DNA from: Eledone cirrhosa | Taxonomy: Eukaryota | Reading direction: 5' to 3' | Length of the DNA: 64,000 nt | NCBI GenBank assembly: GCA_964016885.1 | Contig: OZ024741.1 | Coordinates: forward strand, 75,702,001-75,766,000 | Notes under the pieces: model-generated | What the model was told of the DNA's origin: nothing | Database searches by the model: none | What the model saw: only the letters and a program-made list of their open reading frames with translations | Shown here: one piece after another, positions 12,701 to 25,974 of the stretch | Numbering within the stretch: position 1 is the stretch's first letter | Layout of the letters: the number at the start of each line of letters is the position of its first letter | Program-made: the position numbers and the translations under genes

Positions 12701-13695
12701 ATACCACTATTGGCTGCTAAAGGGTTCTCTCTAAAAATGAAAGGCAGGCTGTATGATGCCTGCATACGAACAGCAATGTTACATGGCAGTGAGACCTGGG
12801 CATTGTGTGCAGAGGATATACGCAGACTGGAGAGGAACGAAGCTTGCATGCTCCGCTGGATGTGTAATAGTAATATACGTGAACGGCAAAGCATAAACGA
12901 ACTAAGGGAGAAATTAGGAATAAGAGGGATCAGATGTTGTTTACTCATGAGAAGACTACATTGGTACGGTCACGTGATGCGCATGAAAGACGACAGCTGT
13001 ATAAAAAAGTGCAGGACGATAAAAATAGACGGTAGCCACGGAGTAGCCAGATCCAGAAAAACCTGGGACGACTTGATAAATTCCGACCTCACACACTTAC
13101 ACCTCTCCAAGACAATGTCACTGGACCGAGATCTTTGGCACTACACAGTTATACAGAAGACCCGCCTTGCCTAAGTACAAAGCGAAACCTACAGACAGTA
13201 GGCACCTCTAACAAAATACACCCCGTCCCACTACCCCCACCCCATTCACACCATCCCCTTAATTGTGAAGTTATGTTGGTACCACAACATCCAGTCCGAA
13301 ACAAATGAGGTCGTGTAGGTGTCACGACAAAAAAACACACAGTCCACGCTGTAAGGTGGCCGTGTAGGTAACACGGTAAAAACCTCCCAGTACACACTGT
13401 AAACGTGGTTGGTGTTGGGAAGGGCACCCAGCTGTAGAAAACCCGCCAGACATGTAGGTGTCACGACAATAAAACACATAGTCCACGCTGTAAGGTGGCC
13501 GTGTAGGTAACATGGTAAAAACCTCCCAGTCCACACTGTAAACGTGGTTGGTGTTAGGAAGGGCATCCAGCCGTAGAAAACCCGCCAGACAGTCCTGAGC
13601 AAGACAACCAATCTTGCCTCAAGTGGGACAATTCCCGTCCAGACCCATGCTAGCGTGGAAAATGGACGTTAAACGATGATTATGATGATGATGAT
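9752..13695 (+). mobile_element. Near full-length RTE-clade non-LTR retrotransposon (RTE-A)
   Basis: Starts right after (TA)n at about 9691-9751. It has APE and RT coding regions, a 3' UTR with tandem units, and a (GAT)n tail followed by TATATA. Confidence 0.96.
10154..13174 (+). pseudogene. RTE-A APE endonuclease and reverse transcriptase ORF with internal PHD finger, interrupted by one in-frame TGA (10712-10714)
   Basis: ORFs 10154-10714 and 10724-13174 share a frame. APE motifs are NVGTL, IQETRW, GDLNGHVG and SQHRLI. RT motifs are NYRGIKL, QFGF, FVDLEKAFD, GVHQGSVLSPLLF, YADD and FRYLG. Confidence 0.95.
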
Positions 13696-14119
13696 ATATA
13701 TATCAACTAGAAATTGATTGACATATATATATATTTAAAATAAACACATGAAACAATCACAGGGGATAATTTGTAAAGTATGTAATCACACATAGCTAGG
13801 TAGGTAACTAATTAAAGTTTAACTAGAGCTTCAAATATTACCTTTTAAAAAATGATTAATCCTCCTTGTATATATTTCATTAAAGAAATATATTTCACCA
13901 ATAATTCGTAAAGTCACAGTAGTCAAATCTTGGATCTTCAGCAAAGGGAAGATATAACTATCTGTGTTTACACATCAAATGCAAATCTGTGAGTGACCAG
14001 TCACACGTGTTGCAATTCTAAAACTACTAACAACATGCTAGCGTCCTCCCATTGGCGTGAATAGGGTGGTCGACAGCTATAAATAGCAGCCAAGTCCTTA
14101 TTTTGTGTATATATATATA

Positions 14120-15300
14120 TAAGTTAAAACAATGAAATAAAAAATGAAGTCATTAGAGATATACTTCACTGCTTTACGATCGTTTCTAGATGGTGATAAT
14201 ACATTGTATCTATACTCACTTATTGATCTATGTAAGTTTACAAACTATCAGATAGAGAGAATATTTACTTACACGCATATCACCAGCTGTTTTCAAAAGC
14301 AATAATAATTTTATTCAATAATAAATTTACTCAGAATTAGTATCATGTCCATATTTGGAGGTAGTTGAAGAACTAACGAATCAAATTGTTTTTTTCATAT
14401 GGTGTTAAGATGAAAAGTAATACACTTTAGTTGAGGTCATGACCCTTTGAAAGGAATGGTTGAAAGGTGTTAGTAGAAATGGCATAACAATCTATTAGGA
14501 AGGAAGGGGATTGTCAAACTGATAGTTGAATGTATCTTGTATAGTGAATTTAAAAGGAATGTCAAAATAAATGATGATTAGTGTTGTATTGAGTTTTAAG
14601 GTGAATATAAATTAATGTTATGGCTAGGAAAGATAGTATATTAAAAGATGAAAATTATAATAAGATAATGTGATATAGTAATGCGATAATATACAACTTA
14701 ACCAACAGAATATAGTACGGTGTGGTAAATTGCACTCAGTATAATATAACATATTATACGCTTTAAAATATTGCTAACTATGTTTATGCATAAACAATCA
14801 AACTCAGATAAGTACATGTTGGCATAGTTAAAGCACATAAATTTCATAGTCTACAAAGTGCATATATTCACACCACATATATAGAGAGGTACAGTTATAT
14901 TGATATCTAACCAAAATATACATACGTGGAAACAGGAGGGAATGCGGATTATGTTCAGGAAAGATCTTGGAAATTTCTAAATCTAAGGACGATTTATTAA
15001 ATAAAAGACAGGAATTGATCATAGTCTGTAATCACCGTATACGAAAAATATTTAAATACTATAAACCTAATTAAATACTATAAACCTAATTAAATATTCT
15101 AAATAGCAACTCACTATAATTCCGTATAGAATAACATTTATTAGTACCTCTTTCCCCTAATTATATGCTTTCATGCTTATTTTTGCCTTTTAATGTTTTA
15201 GCTTCCATAGATTTATGCGTTAATGACTAAAGGCAACACGATACACAGCCACCCGTAATTGCATGAGTGAAAAGAAACATCTATGTATGATATGGAAATA
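14120..15300 (-). mobile_element. Possible Penelope-like pseudo-LTR / 3' UTR remnant (non-coding)
   Basis: Bounded by (TA)n. The minus strand carries the hammerhead 3' half GAAAC-GATC-GTA at about 14175-14186. No matching CTGANGA half was found. Confidence 0.3.
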
Positions 15301-15326
15301 TATTTATGTGTGTATATATTTGTGTG

Positions 15327-15486
<160 letters not shown>

Positions 15487-15579
15487 TTATGTATGTGTAT
15501 ATGTGTATATATGGATATGCTTGTGTATGTATGTGTGTATGCATGTATATGTATATGTATGTAAATGTGTATATATATG

Positions 15580-15621
<42 letters not shown>

Positions 15622-15659
15622 AGCAAGAAATTGCTTATTGTGATCCAGTTCTTGGTTAA

Positions 15660-17500
15660 GAAAGCTAGTTTCATGGTTGGTTTCAACGTACGGTTAGGGG
15701 TAACTCCACAAGTTTGTAAGAATTCCGTTCAATCTTGGAGTATAAAGTATAAAAGAGAAAACACAGGTAAGCATTAAGAGGAGGATTTTATCCATGTATT
15801 TACGACCGTTTCATTGGTAAGTGCAACCTTATATTGCTATAATGCAAATAGCAGCCACGCAAATATAATTGCTGTTCACAGTCCAAATTTTCAAAATAGT
15901 GAATAAGTTACTCTTGCAATAATTCTTAATATATAGAGAAAAACATTTATTTGGAATTGTATTTACTCGTATAGATAGAGAGGAATCAGAAGGTGAGAGG
16001 ACAAATAGAATAGTATAGAGAGAGGGTAAGGGGTAGAGGTGGAAGGATTCCTTGGTCAGTTTTGATAGCAGACTTCATGTCGTGGAATGTAGTGAGTTAA
16101 AGAGAATTAAATTGATCATAGTGGGAGGGATGGATAGAGAGGGAGAGAGAGAGGGGGGAGATATAAAGAGATAAATATATATATATGTATAAAAAACATG
16201 GGAAGAAAGAGGAAAACTGCGTGGTTGCACATGGGTTACATATTATAAAATTAGTCCCTCATCAGTGATTTGCCAACCATCATTGGTATTTCATCGCATT
16301 AAAAATCATATACCTCAGGTTGATGCGAGCAATAACTAAAATAAGCTATTGGCACAAGTGAATCGCGTAAAGTGAGTGAGACAAGTAAACAACGTAGAAG
16401 GAAAAGCAAACCGAAGGTAGGAAAAAAGCAAGCAACATGATGGTTATCCGATCAGCATAAGCTAGGTGAATTTCATGAGCGGTCAGAAAACAGACCGTCC
16501 GACGTGAATGAGATGTGAGAAAGAAAGAATCCCACTACTAACGAACAGGAGGAAGTGAGAAGAGGAGAAACAGAGAGTGAGTGAGTGGAAGTGCGAGGAA
16601 GAGGTCAGTCGAGAGAAAGTGTAACTGACAGAGGGGGCGAAAGAAGGTGAGAGAAACAGAGAGAACGGGGGAGCAGAAAGAGAGAAACAGACAATCGCAG
16701 TCGAGGTAAATATGTATAAAAAACATGGGAAGAAAGAGGAAAACTGCGTGGTTGTACATGGGTTACATATTATAAAATTAGTCCCTCATCAGTGATTTGC
16801 CAACCATCATTGGTATTTCATCGCATTAAAAATCATATATATATAAAATAAAGATAAAGATAATAATGACAAAAATAAAAGCAAAGATGGGGTGAGAAAG
16901 AAGAAGAGAAAAGATAGCCAAGAAGGGGAGGGAAGGAAAGAAAAAAACGAAAAAAATAGAAGAAGAATGAGGGAGAAGAGGGGGATATATATATTGGTTT
17001 TGTGGGTAATTAAAAGGGTTTAGATACAACAAGAGGGTATAAAGTCTAAGTATATATGGTTTGTCAGTTGGTAGTAAGAGGTTAAGGGTTCGATTTGTAG
17101 TGCGAAAACTTCTCTTTGAGTCTATGGTTACAATAAATTGATCTTTCGATTTTATTGTTGAGTAACTTATTCTTCGAACTCAAGATGTGGAACAGCTCAA
17201 GGTCGCATAATCGACAGCTTCTCATACCACTCCGATATGGGCGCATTCGATAATTTTTTCCACTTCAGGGTGTATTGATGGTTACTTTCCCTCAGTTGCC
17301 AGGTCTTGTTTGCAAGGGTAGTTACATAACGATGCTGGGAATGTTTCATTGCGTAACGGTGTGTATAACAACGGGCTTTAAATGTATTCCCAGTCGCTCC
17401 GATGTAATACCATTTCTGGTTGTCCGATTCCACTGTGCATTGGTAAACCAGGTTAGACTGCATACATTCATTATGTAGTGTGTGGTCAAAATTGTTAGGG
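15660..17500 (-). mobile_element. 5'-truncated Penelope-like element (GIY-YIG C-terminus and long 3' UTR with an internal direct repeat of about 130 bp)
   Basis: GIY-YIG remnant at 17082-17463. Direct repeat at about 16183-16312 and 16709-16838. GAAAC-GGTC-GTA on the minus strand near 15801-15812. Confidence 0.65.
17082..17463 (-). pseudogene. PLE GIY-YIG endonuclease remnant (frameshifted)
   Basis: NLVYQCTV...YYIGATGNTFKAR..TH...TTLANKTWQLRE...Y.LKWK, then in another frame CRLCDLELFHILSSKNKLLNNKIERSIYCNHRLKEKFSHYKSNP*. Confidence 0.88.
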
Positions 17501-17514
17501 TGTTGTGCTTATAA

Positions 17515-17620
17515 TCATATCACAGATTCATTTGCTAAACCAGGTGACACATTGTGCTCTTGAGTAAGACACTTCATTTCACATTGCTCCACTCCACTCA
17601 GCTGAAAATGAGTGTCAGCA
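17515..17620 (+). mobile_element. CORE-like SINE remnant
   Basis: TGTGCTCTTGAGTAAGACACTTCATTTCACATTGCTCCACTCCACTCAGCTG, shared with 5770-5820. Confidence 0.55.
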
Positions 17621-18364
17621 GCTCGGACTGGCCTCTAGTACTCTCAGTTACTTTAACACCAAACTGGGATAAGCTCCAGACTGATGAACCTCCATGCTCA
17701 AAATAGACTCCCACCTTTTTTTATTGTATAAATATGCATTTATAGAATGGCATTGATGCTGCTCTACAGCAGTGAACTATACTGTAAATCTATGGTAAAT
17801 ATTTAAAGCTATGAACTCAAAGACATTGATTGTGAGTTAGATGTTATCTTGCGAAATCACATTGGTTGACTGATACCTTTTGAGTAAAAAAGGGTTAATA
17901 GAAACTGTAAAAAATATGGTTAACAGAAACTGTAAAAAAAATGGTTAACTGTAAAAAACAATGTATATATAAATATTTATATGTGTGTATGTGTGTGTGT
18001 GTCTGTGTCTATGTATATGTTTGTGTCTGTGTTTATATCCTGTAACTTAGCAGTTCAGCAAAAGAGGGATTGATAAAATAAATGATTGATAAAATAAGTG
18101 AAAATAAGTACTGAGGTCAGTATGGTCAACTAAATCAAGGTGGTCTCTCAACATGACTTCAGTCTAATGAGTTAAACTAGTAAAAGATCTAAAAGAATGG
18201 AAGTGGTGCCCCAGCATGACCCCAGTCGAATGACTGAAACTAGTAAAAGAAAAGAATGTGCAGTTTTGGGATAACATGGAAAGGATGGAGAAACAACTCA
18301 CCTCATAAGACGTGAACCTGTTGCATAAGATTTTTTTCAAAACAATAATTCATGTTATATTTGT

Positions 18365-18845
18365 TGCCAAGTGGGTCAATTGACAGAGTTGATAGAGCAT
18401 CAGATAAAATACATTTCAATATTTGTTCAAGCTTTTTCTGCTCAGTGTTCAAATCTTGTTGAAATCTACTTTACCCTTTATCCTTTGGAGGTTAATAAAT
18501 TACCAGCCTAATGCTGGTACAGCCCTTTCTTCTCTAAATATTCCACTGACTCAATGGTGGGAGGGCCAAGAGGTGGATCTCTGTGTCTGTATCTGCTAGT
18601 GATTATATGGAAACATAAAACCATTAGTGGAACCATGGTACATGTTAATATTAAGTCATCTTTAACTAATAATAACATTATGAATCAATAAATCTTTCAT
18701 TGGTGATTTACAGAGACAAATTAGCAGAGTTGTTAGAATATTGGATTAAATGCCTTATTTGTTTCAGCTCACTATCCTCTAAGTTCAGATCCTGCTGAGG
18801 TCAACTTTGCCTTTTAGCCTTTCTGGATCGTTAAAGTACCTGTCT
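18365..18845 (+). mobile_element. Two degenerate SINE-1 relatives
   Basis: B-box-like GTTCAAATC / GTTCAGATC followed by ACTTT(A/G)CC.TTT.TCCTT...TAAA.TACC. Confidence 0.55.
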
Positions 18846-20014
18846 AGGGGTAGTGGATTGGGGAAATGAATAGAGTCAGAAGGACTTTGCAGTATTTGTT
18901 CCAATTATGCACGTTTTGAGTTCAAATTCTGCCTCCTTATGCTTGGAGTTACAGCTAGCAGATAGTATCAGCAATGGAAAGAAAGACCAATAGAAACATA
19001 ATTTTTTGGTCCAATCTGATGATCGGCCTCCTTCCTATAAAAATAATGTATAAGAAAATAATCTCCCTCTGGGATCTACTTTATCCCTCATCCTTTCAGG
19101 ATCTATAAAATAACATTGCTGTGAAGTCTTCATTTCCTTTAGCTGTCACATCCTGGATATTCCATTGGCTCGTGTCTGGGAGAGCCGAGAAGATGGTGTC
19201 AGTATCAGTATCTAGTTGTGACTGCATGGACACTTAAAGCCATTTATGATATTAAATCATCCTTGATTGTTAGTGATGACCATAATTATATTTCCTTGCC
19301 AAATAGGATCGATAGATATAGATTGATAAATCTTTCAATGAGGATTTACAAAAGCAAGGTGATTGAATGGAAAGTAAATATGACACTTTAAAATATGAAC
19401 ATTGAAAATTATATATTTAAGTGACACCAGAAGATGCTAACGAAATACTACAAGAAATTGGCACCTTCTAAGAATAGTAATCAGAATTATATGAAGGAAG
19501 AGATCGGGGAAGGAAAGGAGAGAAACATGGACAAGCCTGAAGATAACATTCTTCTGTTAAATATATATTGATCCAGATTTTTGAGTGCTTACTTCAGGAA
19601 TATTGATATCTCAACATTTTCAAGAAAACAGAAGGCCTGATTTTCATAAAAGTGACTTTATTTGATTTCCTTGATATATCTTATACAAAGGGGATTTTGT
19701 TATTTCTCTCTAGAGGAAATATTTATCAATAGTCAGATTTAATAAATGCTGACAAAGCCAACAGTTTGAGAAAGAGCCATACAAGTATTATCTATTTTAC
19801 AAATCAAGATTGTCTGCTTTTTCAAACGTTTATCAACCAATTATAAGCAGATACTTCTATTCATTTACTTGCCATTTACAGGCATTAGACTGTGGCCATG
19901 TTGGAGCACCTCCTTAATAGGATTTAGTAGATCATATTGATCCCAGTTCTTATTTTATCAATCTTGTTTTATTGAACTGCCAAGTTCCAGGACATAAACA
20001 CATACACACATATA

Positions 20015-20102
<88 letters not shown>

Positions 20103-20147
20103 TATATAAATGTAATAAAAGACCAATGATATTCAAAAAGTCAGTAC

Positions 20148-20545
20148 ATCATCATCATTTTAAAGTCTGCTTTTCCTGCTAGCAAGGGTTGGATGAATTT
20201 ACATAGACCAAGTCAGTACTGAAGTGGTGGCTACTGATCGCCCAGACAAGCCAGAGGTCTGTCATTTCGGTTAAGTACGGGGAACTTGACATGCCTTTGA
20301 CACAACTGAAGGTCCTCCTAACCCTTTGCTTGACAAGCTTTCTATGGCTGGATGCCCATCCTATCACCAACCACTTTACAGCATGTACTGGGTATATTTA
20401 TTGTGTAGCTCACCAAAAACTAGGGAGGTTGTCATGCCTTGTCGTGACTGATGGGTCCTCCCAACCCTTTGTTTGGCAAGCCCTCTATGGCTGGAAGCCC
20501 TTCCTATCATCAACCACTTCACAAAGGGGGCAACAGCTATGAACA
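20148..20545 (-). mobile_element. RTE-3'-tail-related short element
   Basis: (CAT)n, then TTTTCCTGCTAGCAAGGGTTGGA, then two copies of TATGGCTGGA.GCCC.TCCTATCA.CAACCAC. Confidence 0.65.
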
Positions 20546-21416
20546 TGTGTGAGGAAGGGGCATGGGGTGTATAGTAAGGGGTTGTAGTAGTGTTCTGTTT
20601 TATTTGTTATCTTTTACCTTTTATACATTTCTACCATATTCTACTGGCTTTTTGAAATTTATCAGACTTTTATTACATATCTCACAATGCTTTGTATTAA
20701 CTATATTACTTTATACACACACACATGCACACGCGCACGCACGTATATGTGTGTGTGTGTGTATCACCATCATATCTTTATTTTATGTTCGTTTTCCTTG
20801 CTAGCACAAAAATATATATATATATGTATGTTGAACTTCCCTAAGTTCTGTTGATGAGTGTTTCAGTTGCTTGACCAACGAAACAACCAGCTCAAGAAAT
20901 TAACATACAAGTGAGTGAGCATTCCAACAGACACATGTACTTCACAATCGTAAGGTTTTACATTCCATCCCGCTGTGTGACAAGAGTAGATTGACCCAAG
21001 TCTTATGAGTGAAGTTGAGTTGACAAAAACTGTGTGAGAACCCATTCAAATTGTGTCAAACTGAGTCAGCTTGAGAATTATGTTAAATGTACACATGTTT
21101 GTAGAATATTTAATCACTTACACCATAACACAAGATTAATTGTACCTGCAAGTCAGGTTTAGCCTTGTCACATATTTTGTCAAAGAGATTCTGCTGAGGA
21201 ATTACATTAAGGATACACAGGTTTGTGAAATACAAAACCACTTGTGCATAAATTTATAAATCAGATGTGTATGCTCAATTGATCAAACAACTGAATGTTC
21301 ATTGTCAAAACAGACTGAGAATCCATCATCTTCATCATTATTCTCGAAGAAATATTTCTCATAATTTTAATATTTTGAAACCTAGATTATACTCATGAAT
21401 CCTATAACATGTTATG

Positions 21417-21616
21417 TTAGCCCTTTTGATAATAATCTGCCCAAAACTGGCTCTGGTTCTTAAATTAAATCTTCCAACATAATTTTATATAAGAACTATA
21501 TGTTATGTTAATATCTTGATAATGAAATAATTATTAATTTTTGTAAATCCCTCAAAATCCTTCATTAATTAATTGAAACAGTGTTTTTGTTAGAAATATT
21601 GTAATGAAAAGGTTAA
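21417..21616. mobile_element. piggyBac-like MITE remnant
   Basis: Ends TTAGCCCTTTTGAT... and ...ATGAAAAGGTTAA fit the TTAA-CCC terminal pattern. A related copy lies at 41263-41453. Confidence 0.5.
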
Positions 21617-22023
21617 ATGACAGGGGATAAAAGAGAAAGATTAAATGATAAAGGATAAAAGAGAAAAGTAGACAAATGCTTGAAAAAAGTCTTATCATTT
21701 CCAACATTTCTACATAAGACTGATGTCAGAAAACCAAACCATTGAGTTCTATTTTACTATGGTACTAACTGTCGTAACAACCAAGAATGAGGAAAATGCT
21801 ATTGTAGTTTTAAATATTTTATTATTCTTCAGTTTATTCGATTAGCAAGTGTTAAATTCTTTGGAAAAAGTTTCCGAATGTCACTCTGTGCTAATTATCT
21901 AATAATTAAATAAAAGAAACAAAAATAAGAAAGCAAATCAAACAAAGTGAATGAAAATTTCAACACCTCCGCATTTCCACATTTCTGATTTATACAATGT
22001 TGTCACGAAGTTCATGTCATACC

Positions 22024-22025
<2 letters not shown>

Positions 22026-22068
<43 letters not shown>
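22026..22068 (+). repeat. G43 homopolymer
   Basis: Uninterrupted G run followed by CA and a T run. Confidence 0.95.
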
Positions 22069-22070
<2 letters not shown>

Positions 22071-22289
22071 TTTTTTTTTTTTTTGGCTCCAAAGATTCTA
22101 GAATTTTTCTAAATTTATATCTTTGAAATTGCTTGTCAAACAACAAGAGAGAACCAGATTCACGAGTTAAAAAGGTGTAAAACACCTAATATGGCAGAAT
22201 TGAAGAATATTACATGGCTTGGTGACATTGAAATTAGAGAAATATGCATATCAACATCATCTTTATTTTTTCTGTAGTTTCATGTGAGC

Positions 22290-25200
22290 TTCTACTGCAT
22301 CACCTAGTGCACTTCCATATTCCTGAGGTGTGTGCAGCACTGTGTTCTTATTTTTGTCAAGGAGGAGAGAGTATAGATTCTTTTCTGTTAGTGAACTTGT
22401 TTTGTTATGAGATTTAGTTTGTAGTTTCTTGTTATTTTAGTGTTTGTTCTATTGTCTTTGGTGTATGTAATGCGAGTTATTTCATTGGGTATTAATCTCG
22501 ATAGTATATTTAGTGTGCATTGTGTTGTCTTATTTTATTGTATAAGGTGTATCTTGTGTATGAAAATTGATCTATTTGAGCTGTGAATTAATAATGCCTA
22601 GTGCAGGATGTTGGCTGTTTTTTAGATAGTGTGTAGTATTGTGAACCCTGGCATGACTTCTATGTTTTTATTCATATTTTTTTACCATACCTAGTGCTCT
22701 GATTATTATTGCCATTGTTTTTATCTTTATACTTCAATTTCAATATCTTTATACTGTGACAGTTTTTCCATTTCATTTTTAGCAATATTTTAGTCAGAGG
22801 GAGGTTGTGGTATTTATCAGTGTGCATGCTTTTTTGTTTGCTAGTTTGTTTGTTTGTTTTTTTTCAGTCCTTGATTATTATGCTTAGATGGATAGTTTTC
22901 AATTTTTGTCAGTTTAGATGGGTTTATTCCAGATATTTGTTGCTAGGTTGTTGTCATGTTTCGAAGTGTTAGCATATTGCTCAGTATTGGCATGTTGCAA
23001 ACTCAGTCATATAGTGTTTTGTGGCCTAACATTGGTCTTGTGCTACAAGAGTCAGTCCTTCCATTTCTACTTTTAGTCTGAAGCTTCTAAGTCATTATTG
23101 ATTTTCACTTTGACTTACTTCTCCATTGTCCAGCCTTGTGGGGTATTGGCTATGGAGTGATTTTTCTCTCCATTTCTCCATTAGTATGTTTTGTAATTTT
23201 GTTTTCATATTGTTTATTGTTTCTTTAACCATTTTTGTTACCTAAATTTATTATTTCAACTTAATATATTTCTGTTTTCTACACCATTATCTTTTTGTAT
23301 ATAGAGGAAAGTTTTTTGTTTTATTTCGTTTTTTTCTCATGTTTCCATATAACATTTATCAGTCTTCCTCTCTTTACTTCTAAGTGCTCCTTCAGTCCAA
23401 CTTCTTTTATTTTGTAGTAGTTTTTTTTATTTGTGTCAGGCTATATCCTCCTTGTGTTTGGGGTAGGTATATTGTGTCTATGTCTGCTTTATGGTATGTT
23501 GTCAGAAGTTTCCTGGTTTTTCTGTCTAAAATGTTCAGCTCACTTAGTTCCCAGTTTATTATATTGAAGTTGTAACTGGTATGACCCTCATATTTACACC
23601 TAATATCTTATTTTTTGCATTGAGTTTGCTTTTTAATACTAGTCTCATGCTTCTGTAGTATTCTTTCCTAAATTTCTTTTTCATTTCTTTGTGTTGTATT
23701 TTAGCGGTTTTATCTAATCTTGAGTATTTATATGAGTGATTGAAATCTAATTCTAGTTAATTTGCCTTTTCTTGGAGTGGCTTTCATACATTTGTCTAAT
23801 CGTTTACTAATTATACTAATCTTTATGTATTTGCTGAAGTTATGAACAATTTGTTGGAGGTTTTCTAATTCAACATTATCTTTGTAAATATTTTTGAGTC
23901 ATCCATGTACAAGAGATGATTTATTGCATCTGTAACCCATGATGGTTTCATTCATTCAAGTTTGTTAGTGGAGTCAGAGCAAAATAAAAATGTAGGAGGA
24001 ATAATAACCCCTCTTTTTGTGTGTATTTTGATAATTTTTTCTCTATATTCCAGAGTCATTGTGGCTTTCCATTTTGTCATGCCATGGGTGATATAGTTGA
24101 CCAGTATTGGAGCTATTTTATTCATGGGGTTTGACTCCAGTGTCCAAGAGTGTAAAATACATTCAAAAGCTTTCTGGTAGTCAATCCAGACCATACTGAA
24201 GTTTGATTTCCTCTTTCTGCTGTTTTTTATAATGGCCTGATTAACTAACAGCTGATCTTTACAACCATACATCCCTTTCCAGCACACTTTTTGTCCCTCT
24301 AATAGAATGTTTTTGTTTTCAAGATGTGTAACTTTAGCTGTTAAAGAGATGTGGGTTATTTGGCTAGATGTTGTAGCTTGGCTGTACTACTTTAGCAGAT
24401 GAATCTTTAATATAGTTGTTGTTGGCAAGTGAGTAAGTGAAATTGATCTCAGTGAGTTGAGAGAAGTTATGCCATCTTTAAGGAAACAAAAACTGTTCTC
24501 ACTTGTTGTGGTGCGAAATGATATTACCTTGGGAAAAAGGATTTTACCATATCACGTCAGAAGAAATATTTTTACGATGTGTGAAGATTCAATGGTGGCA
24601 GAAACTATCAGAAGGCTGTTAAAACATTTTATAAAGGGTTTATTTTCTTCCGTATAATATTATCATTAAATGTTGCTGGCATGCCACATGAGTAAGTTGA
24701 ACAAAAATGAAGTGTTGGTGACTGTGTAGGAAGAAAGTAATTTGGCCCTTGCCAAGAGGGCCAAAGTTTCTTCTTTAGTGCTACATCTTGCTAGTATCGG
24801 TCAGGAATGTAATTAGTTAGGTCTTCTCTCCATGAAGTGAAAGCAGCAACTGTGTAGGCGAGAAAAAAGCACGAATTCGTTTTTCTTTGCTTATTACATA
24901 GCTAGTTTGTTTTATATTATTAATGTGAGGGTTTTGTATGTTGTTGGTATGTTATACATCTGTAATTTTATTGGTGCTCAGTGCTTTTGTTTTGGGAGAT
25001 TAGAGTAGTTTTTTTCTCTAGCATCCAGTCAGGTTTGATTCTGGCTTGCTTAGCATTTCATTAAATGCCATGAGTACTGCTAAGGTGTTTCGGCCAGAGG
25101 TTGGGGACCATGTCTATTCCTGATGTTTTCCAGTTGCTGGTAGTTCACAATATGGCAGTGATTTCTTCACTGGTGGTGGTGGTGGTCCATGTTTGTGATG

Positions 25201-25750
25201 CTATCATACTTTCCCTTCCCCCTGCTTCCTATCTATTGTGTTCTTTTGTTGTGTTGGTCTTATCTCTCCCAGTATGTCTGAATTTCTGATGTTGTTGATG
25301 TCTTCTGTTATTTTTTTCATGCTTCTGTAGAATCATTTGGAAGTCATCACAAGTTCTTGGAAGAAACATTTGCCTTTTTTATAGTGTTGTATGTGGAAGG
25401 TTTTTGCTGTCATGCTCTGTTTGAGTTTTTATTTTTCTTCCAATGTGTCCTTATTCTTATTTATGTTATATATTTTGTTATTTGAGCCCATATATTTTCT
25501 TTCCATTTTGGCTGGTTCTAGGTTTGGCTGCTTTTTCTCCTGTTAGAGTCAAGCCCAGTTTCTCTTGATCCCACTACTGCTACTGATAAGATAAAGCCAT
25601 TCAGTGTGTCAATATTCAGGTAGTCAGTTATCATGAGTAAAAATTCTTTCAGGACTCTATGGTATTTATTTATTCTTTCATAAAGCTATTTATTCCTCTG
25701 TATTTTGGAGATTCATGCTTTTTTGATTTTGTAATGTTATCTTCTATTTG
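22290..25750 (-). mobile_element. Long degenerate R4/Dong-like LINE (RT and restriction-like endonuclease)
   Basis: ORF 23952-24287 KGMYGCKDQLLVN...SMVWIDYQKAF. HLLYMDD remnant near 23900-23925. LYLPQTQGG near 23445-23470. Endonuclease remnants near 22620-22900. Confidence 0.8.
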
Positions 25751-25974
25751 TTTTATTGCTTCAGTTAGTTTCATGTCAATATTGATTCTGGTGGATTTGT
25801 CATGGTGTGTGTTTTACTCTCCACTCTACTCCACTATATGACACCACATTAAACTACACTATGATACATCATCATCATCATTTTACGTCCGCTTTTCCCT
25901 ACTTGCAAGGGTGGGACAGGTCTTATTACACTACAATACAATACAATACACAACATTACATTACACTATGTTAC

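Noticed and set aside
10888-12948. Recurrent antisense ORFs over RTE-A copies
   Set aside because: They are shadow frames of the RT ORF and recur only because the copies are near-identical.
19143-19390. Possible coding exon after TTTCCTTTAG
   Set aside because: No recognisable protein similarity, convincing donor site or partner exons.
20855-21330. Inverted arrangement of a repeat also seen at 6080-6230 and 6925-7005
   Set aside because: It is too degenerate to define termini or class by eye and is probably an old interspersed repeat.
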